This document shows, in pieces, positions 37,125-45,911 of a stretch of DNA of 61,768 nt. The position numbers and the translations under genes are program-made. The stretch covers positions 1 to 61,768 of IMG/VR virus record IMGVR_UViG_3300033388_002585. One strand, 5' to 3'. Numbering within the stretch: the stretch's first letter is position 1; the number at the start of each line of letters is the position of its first letter. The notes under the pieces were generated by a model. That model was given only the letters and a program-made list of their open reading frames with translations, was not told the origin of the DNA and searched no databases. This stretch comes from a virus (lineage: Duplodnaviria > Caudoviricetes).

Positions 37125-39455
37125 GTGAAAATGGACGAGAAGATTCAAAAACAAGAAGTAATAGCTGTATTGAACCCTGATATTCCAATTGCGCCTAACT
37201 ATGAGCAGGCTATGCAAATTGGTAACATAGAAGCGTTTCCATTTCAGGGAGGGTGTAATACTGCTCTCGAAGCACAGCAAATTCCCCTTGGTATGTATTC
37301 AATGGTTCAGAACATGCGTCCGACTCATCCTGGGTTCAAGAAACGCAAGGGTCAGAGAAAGTTGCATTCAACGGCCGATGAATCTAATTCCGCAATGACT
37401 ATGTATCAGTTTAGTAAGGGTAGTCGGGATGAAAAACACTTTTACGCTCAAATGTCTGATGGGGATGTTCTTGAGGCTACGAATCCACCACCCATCGTGA
37501 CTACCGGAGTATTTGGATCAGAAAAGTTTAACGGTGATGCTGCTTCAAGCCCTGCTGCATGGTCAATTATTAAGGACCAGATGTTGTTTTCGAATGGAAA
37601 AGATCAGCATCAGATTTATGCAGGGGATGTAACCTACGTGAATAAGCTGATAAAATACGATGGTACGGGAGCTCCTCCTACCATTCCAACGTTAGGATTT
37701 GACTACACAGAGAAGGTTGTAGATGGGCTCACCACCACAGCGGCAATACTTGATTCCCTGAATACATACGCTAATCATGAGTGTCTGTTTGTGATGACTG
37801 AAATGGTCGCTAATGGATTCACGGTTACAATATCTCTTCCCAACGGCACAGCCTCAGTCATATCCATATACTACTGGAACGGTGCATGGACTCAGGTATC
37901 GGGATTATTTGATGGTACTGATGTGGGTGGTGCAACGTTAGCCAAGACTGGATCAATTACGTTCACCATGCCCACGGACGCAATCCCCAATTACATGTAT
38001 GGAGTCAACGGATACTGGTGGCGCATTCAAGTGTCAACCCAATTAGATTCCGAAGTTGAGGTAACATCCCTCACGTATTCATCTGATTGGCAAGAAATGA
38101 AGAATGTGTGGGATGGTGTTTTGGTGGATGCAATAGAAACTCAGTTTTATGATGCTTCTGCTGATGTTTATTATACGTTACCTTCATCCTCAGTAGAAAT
38201 AGACAGCATGACCGCATCCGATAAACTATACCTGTCTTCTTTTTACCCCATATGCGGAATATATATCGATGTCGGATCAAAACCTAACACCACCGCAACC
38301 ACTGCTATCAATGCCATATATTACTGGAGCGGAACAGAATGGGTGAGTGTAGGTACAATATCAGACGGTACTAATGGTTTAAGTAACTCGGGATGGGTAA
38401 CATTCGCCAGATGTGCATCTGAGAAAAGACAGGTAAATGAAAACCAGTATTACGCTCACTGGTATTATTTTACCGTAGATAAGACTTTAAGCGATGATGT
38501 TATTCTTAGCATGTCCACGATGCCTTACTTTGACATTGATGAATTAGGACGAGGATACTGTAACGCTGCGTGGAAAAATCGTGCTGTATATGCCTTTGAT
38601 CGTGATCATTTTATCCACGTATCTGCTGCTGATAAACCCCAGTCTCTCAATGGAAGCGATTATGCTATTCTTGAACCGGGCGATGGACGCTCAAACAAGG
38701 TCGTGGCTATGAAGAAATTCCATAACGAATTAATGGTTTGGCAGGAAGAGAAAGGTGTTGAGGGTGGGTGCTTAACCTTATTCGAGGGGTATTCACCGGC
38801 TACATTCGGGAAACTTCTTCTTTCTACCAAGATAGGAACCCTTAACGCTAAATGTGTTGAGGTTGTGGATGGTGTTTATTTCTCCACAAAGACGGATGAG
38901 GTTGTTTCAACTATGGCTTACTTCTTGAGTCATTACGGGGTCTTTGCTTCTAATGGTAAGTATGTTGTGAAGATATCCGATGATATAGGTAATTACTTTG
39001 ATCCCACAAAATCTGAATGTATAAGAGATGGTTACGAGAACCAAATGTGGCTTAAGTATGATTCGGCACATGATGTTTTACGTCTTGGTTTGGTGTCCGG
39101 GGAATCTGCTACCTCATGCAATATCTTTCCCATATATGATTTAAAAGACAAGGGCTGGATGTTTGATGTATTCGAGCAAAACTTAACCTGTATGACTGAA
39201 GTTGAGGCTGATAGTGGTGATGTATCGGTGTTACAGATAGTCGGGGGAACGGGTGATGGTTTCATATACCAGTCTAACTACGGAAACGATGACGTTGACA
39301 CGGCCATAGACTCATATACATTATTAGAAATCAATGGGAAGGGTCGTGAAATGTTGTTGAGAGAATTTATAATAAGGCTTAGAAAAAATGAAGGTGGCTG
39401 TACCGTGACTCCATATATTGATGGAATCGCTCAAACAGCAATAACAATTGATTAG
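37125..39455 (+). CDS. Tail nozzle / packaged-DNA stabilization protein (P22 gp10-like)
   Basis: Follows the adaptors; FQGGCNT...NMRP...KKRKG start, beta-propeller-like blades, IGTL, YFLSHYGVF. Confidence 0.7.
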   Translation: MKMDEKIQKQEVIAVLNPDIPIAPNYEQAMQIGNIEAFPFQGGCNTALEAQQIPLGMYSMVQNMRPTHPGFKKRKGQRKLHSTADESNSAMTMYQFSKGSRDEKHFYAQMSDGDVLEATNPPPIVTTGVFGSEKFNGDAASSPAAWSIIKDQMLFSNGKDQHQIYAGDVTYVNKLIKYDGTGAPPTIPTLGFDYTEKVVDGLTTTAAILDSLNTYANHECLFVMTEMVANGFTVTISLPNGTASVISIYYWNGAWTQVSGLFDGTDVGGATLAKTGSITFTMPTDAIPNYMYGVNGYWWRIQVSTQLDSEVEVTSLTYSSDWQEMKNVWDGVLVDAIETQFYDASADVYYTLPSSSVEIDSMTASDKLYLSSFYPICGIYIDVGSKPNTTATTAINAIYYWSGTEWVSVGTISDGTNGLSNSGWVTFARCASEKRQVNENQYYAHWYYFTVDKTLSDDVILSMSTMPYFDIDELGRGYCNAAWKNRAVYAFDRDHFIHVSAADKPQSLNGSDYAILEPGDGRSNKVVAMKKFHNELMVWQEEKGVEGGCLTLFEGYSPATFGKLLLSTKIGTLNAKCVEVVDGVYFSTKTDEVVSTMAYFLSHYGVFASNGKYVVKISDDIGNYFDPTKSECIRDGYENQMWLKYDSAHDVLRLGLVSGESATSCNIFPIYDLKDKGWMFDVFEQNLTCMTEVEADSGDVSVLQIVGGTGDGFIYQSNYGNDDVDTAIDSYTLLEINGKGREMLLREFIIRLRKNEGGCTVTPYIDGIAQTAITID

Positions 39456-39461
39456 GAGGAT

Positions 39462-40031
39462 ATGATGAATAAAGTAAAGATGGGAGACAAGGTTGAGGCT
39501 CAGCTTGTAACTTCTCCGCAAATGAAGCCTAAGTTTCTTGTAAGCACACACTGGGAATGGGAGCAGTATCGTGATGGGAAACTCATAGATACATGGGAAG
39601 AGGATAACGTGTGTACTGATGAAGGATTAAACGCCCTGCTTGATATTATGTTTCACGGTGCTACTCAAATTACAACATGGTATGTGGAGTTGTTTGAATC
39701 TGATACTACTCCAGATGGGGACACAACTTATGCTGTACCTGTTTACACTCCATGCACAGCCTATGATGGAGGCGCAAGACCGGCGTATAATGAGGCGGCA
39801 GCATCGAGTAAGGTTATGACTAACTCAGCGAACAAGGCTGTGTTTACCATGAATGCTACCAAAACTATATATGGAGCTTCTCTTGTCGGTGGTGGGAGTG
39901 CGGCTACTACTCCAGGTGATACGGCTGGTGGCGGAAAATTATATTGTGCCTCTAAATTCAGCGCGAGTAAATCAGTTGTGGATAATGATGTCCTTAACGT
40001 GACAATTCAAATAACAGGCTCGGATGTATAA
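39462..40031 (+). CDS. Virion structural protein
   Basis: N.CT.EG.N.LL, TIYGA.L, KSV.D.DVLNVT pattern. Confidence 0.65.
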   Translation: MMNKVKMGDKVEAQLVTSPQMKPKFLVSTHWEWEQYRDGKLIDTWEEDNVCTDEGLNALLDIMFHGATQITTWYVELFESDTTPDGDTTYAVPVYTPCTAYDGGARPAYNEAAASSKVMTNSANKAVFTMNATKTIYGASLVGGGSAATTPGDTAGGGKLYCASKFSASKSVVDNDVLNVTIQITGSDV

Positions 40032-40040
40032 GGATTAATT

Positions 40041-41726
40041 ATGGCTTGGCTTTCTGGCTGGAATAAACGTGTAAAGATTACCCTTAGCAATACGAATGTA
40101 GATGATACGTTATCTAACTTTCCTGTGTTGGTGTATCTTTCTACGTCTTCTGGGACAGGCAGCACGGATGTATCCTGTATATTTGATGAACTGACTTCGG
40201 ATGCGAATAGATTCAAGATAGCCGTTACGACTTCAGACGGTGAAACTGAATGCTATGTAGAGATCGAACGGTGGGATGATGCGAATGAAAAGGCTTGGTT
40301 ATGGGTTAAAGTCCCAAGTGTAGTTGCTTCAGCCGTGACTGAGTTGTATATTTATTATGACTCTGCCCACGCTGATAATACGGCAAAGGTAGGTGACATA
40401 GGTTCAACTCCTGGGCACAATGTATGGGATGCTAATTTTAAAGCTGTGTATCACATGCGTGATGCTACCACTTCTACGATTAAAGATTCAACGAGTGGTA
40501 GTCACGATGGGACTAAGGTAGGGGCAAATGAACCGATTGAGGCAACAGGGAAAGTAGACAAGGGTCAGGATTTTGATGGAGATAACGATAAAATAACAGT
40601 AGCCGATCATGCTGATTTTGATTTTAGTGGGGCTTTTACTTTAGAGGCAATTGTTAAACCTAACAGTAATTTAGTGCAGCATAGATATGTTTACCGATAT
40701 GACCCGACAAGCACAGATGGTTATTTTACTGGCGGATATTATACTTTAACTCCATATAAGCACTGTTTTGGTGTTTATGTTGGTGGTGAATCTAAATTTG
40801 TATTTTCAAACGAAGCGATTGATACTGCAAATTATGTACATATTGGGTGCACAAGAGATGCTTCTGGAAACATGACTATGATTTTAGATGGCGCTTCTCA
40901 GAGTGATACTGATGTACTTAGTGGTGCTATTGATTCATCCGATCCGCTATATTTGGGTATTGATAGAGTCGGTGCTCATACTCTGGATGGAATACTGGAT
41001 GAGATTCGTGTGTCCAATACGAATCGTTCCGCCGCTTGGCTTAAAGCTACCAAACATTCTCTCTGGGATAACATAGCATCTTATGGAACTGAAGAGACAA
41101 CTGGCGGCGAAGATGTATCTTTTTCCGAAGCATTCAGCATGAGTGATACAGTTGAAGTAACTTGGAGCGCACAAGGAGTAATAGAAGAAGCTTTCAGTTC
41201 TGATGATTATGTTAGTCTCCCGATAGACGTCATAATCGAAGAAGCATTTTCAAGTAATGATAGTGTTTTGGGTGGGAAAGTGTTCTCCGTTACAATCGAA
41301 GAAGCATTTAACTCCGATGACGTGATTCTGGTAAACTGGAACGCACAAGAAATTATAGCTGAAGCATTAAGTCTCAACGATGATATTTCTGTAAACTGGA
41401 ATGCGATATGCGATGTTATGGAGGAATTATCTCTCGATGATTACTTTTGGGCAAGTGCTTCTAATGTATATGGGCGCTTTCGTAAGCCTGTTAATTTGGC
41501 CGGAAACCGTATAAGCCTAAAAATCCAGAACAATTCTCTTGATCAAGTTTTATGGCTTCAGGATCTCGGGTTGCTTTTATTCGGGCGTGAGGAATACTTC
41601 GAGAACAACAAGCCCGTGAATCTTAAATCTCAGCATATCCAGCTAAAGATACAGAACAACACGTTGTCAGAAACCTTACACTTATTTGATGTGGGGTTAA
41701 GACTTACAGGATACGATCAGAGGTAG
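40041..41726 (+). CDS. DUF2341 + LamG-like protein with acidic repeats
   Basis: W..GW..R.KI, L.NFPVLV, EIERWD..A.LWVKVP, GILDEIRVSN..RS..W; EEAF.S.D repeats. Confidence 0.8.
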   Translation: MAWLSGWNKRVKITLSNTNVDDTLSNFPVLVYLSTSSGTGSTDVSCIFDELTSDANRFKIAVTTSDGETECYVEIERWDDANEKAWLWVKVPSVVASAVTELYIYYDSAHADNTAKVGDIGSTPGHNVWDANFKAVYHMRDATTSTIKDSTSGSHDGTKVGANEPIEATGKVDKGQDFDGDNDKITVADHADFDFSGAFTLEAIVKPNSNLVQHRYVYRYDPTSTDGYFTGGYYTLTPYKHCFGVYVGGESKFVFSNEAIDTANYVHIGCTRDASGNMTMILDGASQSDTDVLSGAIDSSDPLYLGIDRVGAHTLDGILDEIRVSNTNRSAAWLKATKHSLWDNIASYGTEETTGGEDVSFSEAFSMSDTVEVTWSAQGVIEEAFSSDDYVSLPIDVIIEEAFSSNDSVLGGKVFSVTIEEAFNSDDVILVNWNAQEIIAEALSLNDDISVNWNAICDVMEELSLDDYFWASASNVYGRFRKPVNLAGNRISLKIQNNSLDQVLWLQDLGLLLFGREEYFENNKPVNLKSQHIQLKIQNNTLSETLHLFDVGLRLTGYDQR

Positions 41727-41742
41727 GCGAAAAGGTAGAAGC

Positions 41743-42930
41743 ATGGCTAAAGATGACAACAAGATAACCAACAAAGAATATGGCCGCAAGCCTTATATGT
41801 CTCAAGATTACGATGAATTAATGCGTAAGACTACCAATAAATCCATGTGGGATCAGGAGGTTAGCAAACACTCAGAGTTTGAAAAGCCGTATGAAGAAGG
41901 TGATTACAGTGACATGCAGCATGATTGGCCGGGGTTTCCTGGTATAAATGATGATGATGATCCAAGCTGGGATTTCCCGTGGAATACTGGTGATCCGGTT
42001 CCTGATGTAACCATTCCTCCGGGTGGTGGTGGGGTAAGTTTTGCCTGTTGTCTTCTTGATTGCGACAAAGACAAACCAATACCTGGGGATATTGTAAAAG
42101 TGTTTATGCACGAGTGGTGTTGGTCTTATGATATTCGTGGAGTTAAGCTAATAGACGATCCGGTTGTGAGTTGGGCATTGGATTCTGGATTTAGTGATAC
42201 CGCTGTTGGTACCATAATGGAACAATCTAACGCTGAATGTAAGATTCAGATAAACAATGATTCAGGATATGGTGATCATTTAAAGGTTACTGCAACTACT
42301 CGGAGTGGGAGTACATGTTTTAAGACATTAGATATTGATATAGCATCGGGATGTGGTGGAGGAAAGATAAGCTATACCACAAACCAGATGAGCATTAATG
42401 AGCAACAAACGTTGGCTGTTGATAATCCTAATCCATACACTACATATAATTGGAGTATTGCAAGCGGTGGGGGAAGTTTAAGTGTTGATCATGGATTAAC
42501 TACAAGATATACTGCACCAGCAGCGAATCCAAATTGTACTTTAAACCCCGTGATTATTTTGAGTTCGTATGGGGCACAATGTGATTCGCTTGCTATTGCG
42601 ATAAACGAATGGACGGGAGAAGAACGAGCAGGTTATGTGTGTAATGAATTAATTTGTGAGGATTGGTGGTATTGGCCTACGTGTATTTGTAGTAGAAAGT
42701 ATGATACTTTTGACTGCGAAGGCGCATTTATAAGTAATCATTTGGAGATTTGCAAGATCGGTTGTAGTTATCTTGGGCCATACTGTGTTGTTCGGTGTGG
42801 TTATAAGCCTTGTCAAACACAACCATCTGCTGCTTGCATAAATGGTTGTGGCATGGAACCTGGTAGTGTAGGAGATAACCGGACAACCGAAATGAAAGCA
42901 GGTGGTTGTTGTCCTCCACAATTAATGTAA
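41743..42930 (+). CDS. Protein with Ig-like middle and Cys-rich C-terminus
   Basis: YNWSIASGGGSL..YTAP; many Cys in the C-terminal ~100 aa. Confidence 0.7.
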   Translation: MAKDDNKITNKEYGRKPYMSQDYDELMRKTTNKSMWDQEVSKHSEFEKPYEEGDYSDMQHDWPGFPGINDDDDPSWDFPWNTGDPVPDVTIPPGGGGVSFACCLLDCDKDKPIPGDIVKVFMHEWCWSYDIRGVKLIDDPVVSWALDSGFSDTAVGTIMEQSNAECKIQINNDSGYGDHLKVTATTRSGSTCFKTLDIDIASGCGGGKISYTTNQMSINEQQTLAVDNPNPYTTYNWSIASGGGSLSVDHGLTTRYTAPAANPNCTLNPVIILSSYGAQCDSLAIAINEWTGEERAGYVCNELICEDWWYWPTCICSRKYDTFDCEGAFISNHLEICKIGCSYLGPYCVVRCGYKPCQTQPSAACINGCGMEPGSVGDNRTTEMKAGGCCPPQLM

Positions 42931-42939
42931 GGATATAAT

Positions 42940-43332
42940 ATGAAAAACTTAAACTATACAGAATTTCAATCAAGAATAAACGAAGTTGCAAAAGCTCGTA
43001 AGATATTCATTAAATCCGGCATAACAAAGAATATCACCGAAGCATTTCAGTTATACCAAGATATTTTGGCTGATGAAGAAATGGAAGTGATGATCACTAA
43101 GACTCAGACGCCTTTTGAAAACATAGAACGTCCGAGGTGTGAAGAATGCGACAGTGAGTTGAAGTTAAGCCCACGGCCACAGAGAATAGATGGGAAACTA
43201 TACCCCACTACATGGGTATGTGAAAACTGTGGCATGGAATATTATACTGAGAAAACCGCTGAAGAATGGTATGAAGAATTAAGAAAGGATAAGAATGAAG
43301 ATAAACGGCAAAACAATAAAGACGAAGACTAA
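42940..43332 (+). CDS. Zn-ribbon protein
   Basis: RPRCEEC...WVCENCG. Confidence 0.7.
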   Translation: MKNLNYTEFQSRINEVAKARKIFIKSGITKNITEAFQLYQDILADEEMEVMITKTQTPFENIERPRCEECDSELKLSPRPQRIDGKLYPTTWVCENCGMEYYTEKTAEEWYEELRKDKNEDKRQNNKDED

Positions 43333-43474
43333 TATAAGTAAAGAAAAGTGTCCGGCGTGTGGTAAGAATTTACGCATCAAGTCTCCCTGCTGCGGTAATC
43401 CCGAAGCCTATCTAATGTGTTCTTGCGGGTACAAGGAGTTGATCGGGGAGGTGACTAATGATAACACTGGGTAA
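43295..43474 (+). CDS. Small Cys-rich protein (59 aa)
   Basis: AAGGA RBS; CPACG..PCCG..CSCGY, manual translation. Confidence 0.6.
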   Translation: MKINGKTIKTKTNISKEKCPACGKNLRIKSPCCGNPEAYLMCSCGYKELIGEVTNDNTG

Positions 43475-43787
43475 GCTGTTATTCCTTATTATCCTCACAG
43501 AAGCTCTCGTGGAACTAATCTGCAAGGCTGAAATATTAGAGCGCCCACGTAACTATGTGAAATCATGGGGATGGTTTACACGAAATTTGTTAGAATGCTA
43601 TTACTGCACATCTGTTTGGGTAGGATTAATCGTGGCTCCCTTGTATTTTATGATAAGCAACACGTTATTATTTGTATTTTGTATAGGAATCGTGATACAT
43701 AGGTTATCAAACTACTTGCATTTATTGTTTAGCATACTACGGGATCATCAGATAACCACAAGAATAAATCGTAGTTACAGGAGGTAG
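43458..43787 (+). CDS. Membrane protein, DUF1360-like
   Basis: LLECYYCTSVWVG with TM segments; GGAGG RBS. Confidence 0.7.
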   Translation: MITLGKLLFLIILTEALVELICKAEILERPRNYVKSWGWFTRNLLECYYCTSVWVGLIVAPLYFMISNTLLFVFCIGIVIHRLSNYLHLLFSILRDHQITTRINRSYRR

Positions 43788-43791
43788 GATC

Positions 43792-44781
43792 ATGGGATGG
43801 ATGGATGAATATAACCCGAATTTTTATAGTCAGTCGATTGTGGACTGGGGTCAAGATGCTGATAAAACTCCACAATATAGCGAGGATATCCTTCCGTCAT
43901 TTGGTGGCGGTGGTGGTATACCATCAACTCCACAGACATCTTCATGGGGTACACCATATACCGGATTCAATAATTTCGGGGATATGGGTGGCTTTTCTAC
44001 GTTGCAAGATACTACTCCTACCCCATACGCAGGATTTCGAGGAGCATTCGGCGGTGATATCGGAACTGAAACTGGCTTTAGACAACCATGGGAAGGATTC
44101 AAGACAAGTAATATGCCTGGTATGCCTGCTCCTCAAACGTTTGCAGTTGATCCAAGGCTTACTCCCAATTTTGGTATTCCAGGTGGTGGTCGTGGCTTTA
44201 CTCAACCCCCCAGACCCTCAACAGGCGGAGGTGTAGGTGGAAGAGGTAGACGCACGGGTACGATTGCTCAACCAGCAGCTACAATGAGACGATTACCTGG
44301 TAGTCGAGGAGGCGGGATACCTGCTGAAAAAACTCCCGAAGAAAAAGCTGCCGATAAGACAAGATTATTCAACCTGTTCGAATCTCAACATGCCATGCCC
44401 ACGTATACGGCTCCTCGATTTGAAGCTCCTGAATGGGATGAAGAAGCTCGGCGTGGGTATATTCGTGAAGCCTACACCCCATACGTAGGTGAACTAAGGT
44501 CTGCTATCCGTGACGCAATTGCCAAGGCTGGATATTCCACAAGCCCTACAGCACGTAAATTCGCCATGGAGGGAGCGTTAAAAGGATTCGGAGAACAGCT
44601 TGGTCCCACGAGAGGTCGAGCAGTACAGGAAGGTTCCCGAACGTATGAGAAAAAACATGAGAAGGAATGGGATGCGGCGTTGATGAAACACCAGACTAAT
44701 CTTGCGGAGGTTAAGGCTAACTATAGTTCCGCGATGAACCGATGGAAAGCCTTATTCAATGTATACATGGGAGGTAAATAA
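43792..44781 (+). CDS. Internal virion / ejection protein (probable)
   Basis: Gly/Pro-rich N-terminus with helical C-terminus; position. Confidence 0.6.
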   Translation: MGWMDEYNPNFYSQSIVDWGQDADKTPQYSEDILPSFGGGGGIPSTPQTSSWGTPYTGFNNFGDMGGFSTLQDTTPTPYAGFRGAFGGDIGTETGFRQPWEGFKTSNMPGMPAPQTFAVDPRLTPNFGIPGGGRGFTQPPRPSTGGGVGGRGRRTGTIAQPAATMRRLPGSRGGGIPAEKTPEEKAADKTRLFNLFESQHAMPTYTAPRFEAPEWDEEARRGYIREAYTPYVGELRSAIRDAIAKAGYSTSPTARKFAMEGALKGFGEQLGPTRGRAVQEGSRTYEKKHEKEWDAALMKHQTNLAEVKANYSSAMNRWKALFNVYMGGK

Positions 44782-44782
44782 T

Positions 44783-45850
44783 ATGCCAGCCTTTAAAGTG
44801 AAAGAAGAATTAGGGAACGTGGGGGGAGCAAGACGCAAGCCTGCTCCTACTCCAAGATTAAATCAAGGATTGGATACACGAGCTTTCCAGAAATACCTCG
44901 GGGCGTTACCTTCTGGCCAGGGTCCTTCCATCACAAATATTCCCGGAGAAATAGGTCCCGAGACTTATTACATGGGACCCGGAACTCAAGGTGCTGGTGG
45001 AGCAGCTATACCTATGTCACTTGAAGAATCTTATGGTCAGATGTGGGGAGGCGGAGGTGCTATGGGTGGAAGAGGTAGAGACGTGAGCGGTGGTCCCGAA
45101 GGTGGCATAGGCCGGGGGTTTCCTGATATAGACCCTGAGCAAGGTCGCGCAATGTTTGCCAACGAAGTCTTTAAAGAAATAGGGATGAATCCGTTTGAGT
45201 TCGATCCCATAATTGAAGCTGACCGATCCATACAGGTTGATATTCCGAGATTTTTTCAGCATATATTTGGCGGAGAAGTAGACCCGCGAAACATGACCCC
45301 AGAGGATAGACAATACTGGATTAAAAGTTTAGCTGACTTGAAGAAGGAAAGAATAATGGAGATGGAAGCTAAGCGAGCACGGGGGATGGAACAGTTTAAG
45401 GTTATGATGGAAATGTTTGACAGAGAAGCACGGCCCAGCCCAGTCAAGATGGGTGCAGGAAGAATTTACTTGCCTGGTAGAGGTGGGACACGAGGTGAAG
45501 TGTTAGGTGGATCAACTCAGCAAACAGCTATAGGTAAAATCACGGCTTTGTACTCCAAGTTGACTAAGAATGGTCAGGAAGAAATGACCCCCGAGGGATT
45601 GGAAGCATATAAAACTTTAGCCAAATCATGGGGATATGATATTGATCCTGATACATTGCAGCCTATTGAAGCTGGTGGAGGAGCTATGGGAACAAGCGGA
45701 GCAGGAAGATCAGCAACGATACAAGAGGCTTCCGATAAATTGGCAAACGATTATCCTCCGGCTCAGTATAAAGGTAAAACAATAACAGCTCATAAGATGG
45801 GAGGAATAATGTTTAGATCAGATGGCACACAATGGGTTCCGTTGCAATAG
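44783..45850 (+). CDS. Internal virion / ejection protein (probable)
   Basis: GGAGG before MPAF; C-terminal GKTI...FRSDGTQW motif. Confidence 0.6.
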   Translation: MPAFKVKEELGNVGGARRKPAPTPRLNQGLDTRAFQKYLGALPSGQGPSITNIPGEIGPETYYMGPGTQGAGGAAIPMSLEESYGQMWGGGGAMGGRGRDVSGGPEGGIGRGFPDIDPEQGRAMFANEVFKEIGMNPFEFDPIIEADRSIQVDIPRFFQHIFGGEVDPRNMTPEDRQYWIKSLADLKKERIMEMEAKRARGMEQFKVMMEMFDREARPSPVKMGAGRIYLPGRGGTRGEVLGGSTQQTAIGKITALYSKLTKNGQEEMTPEGLEAYKTLAKSWGYDIDPDTLQPIEAGGGAMGTSGAGRSATIQEASDKLANDYPPAQYKGKTITAHKMGGIMFRSDGTQWVPLQ

Positions 45851-45911
45851 GGAGAGAAACAAGCTACTTAAATAATAACGTGTTGTGTATAGAATAATAG
45901 TGTAAACGAGG

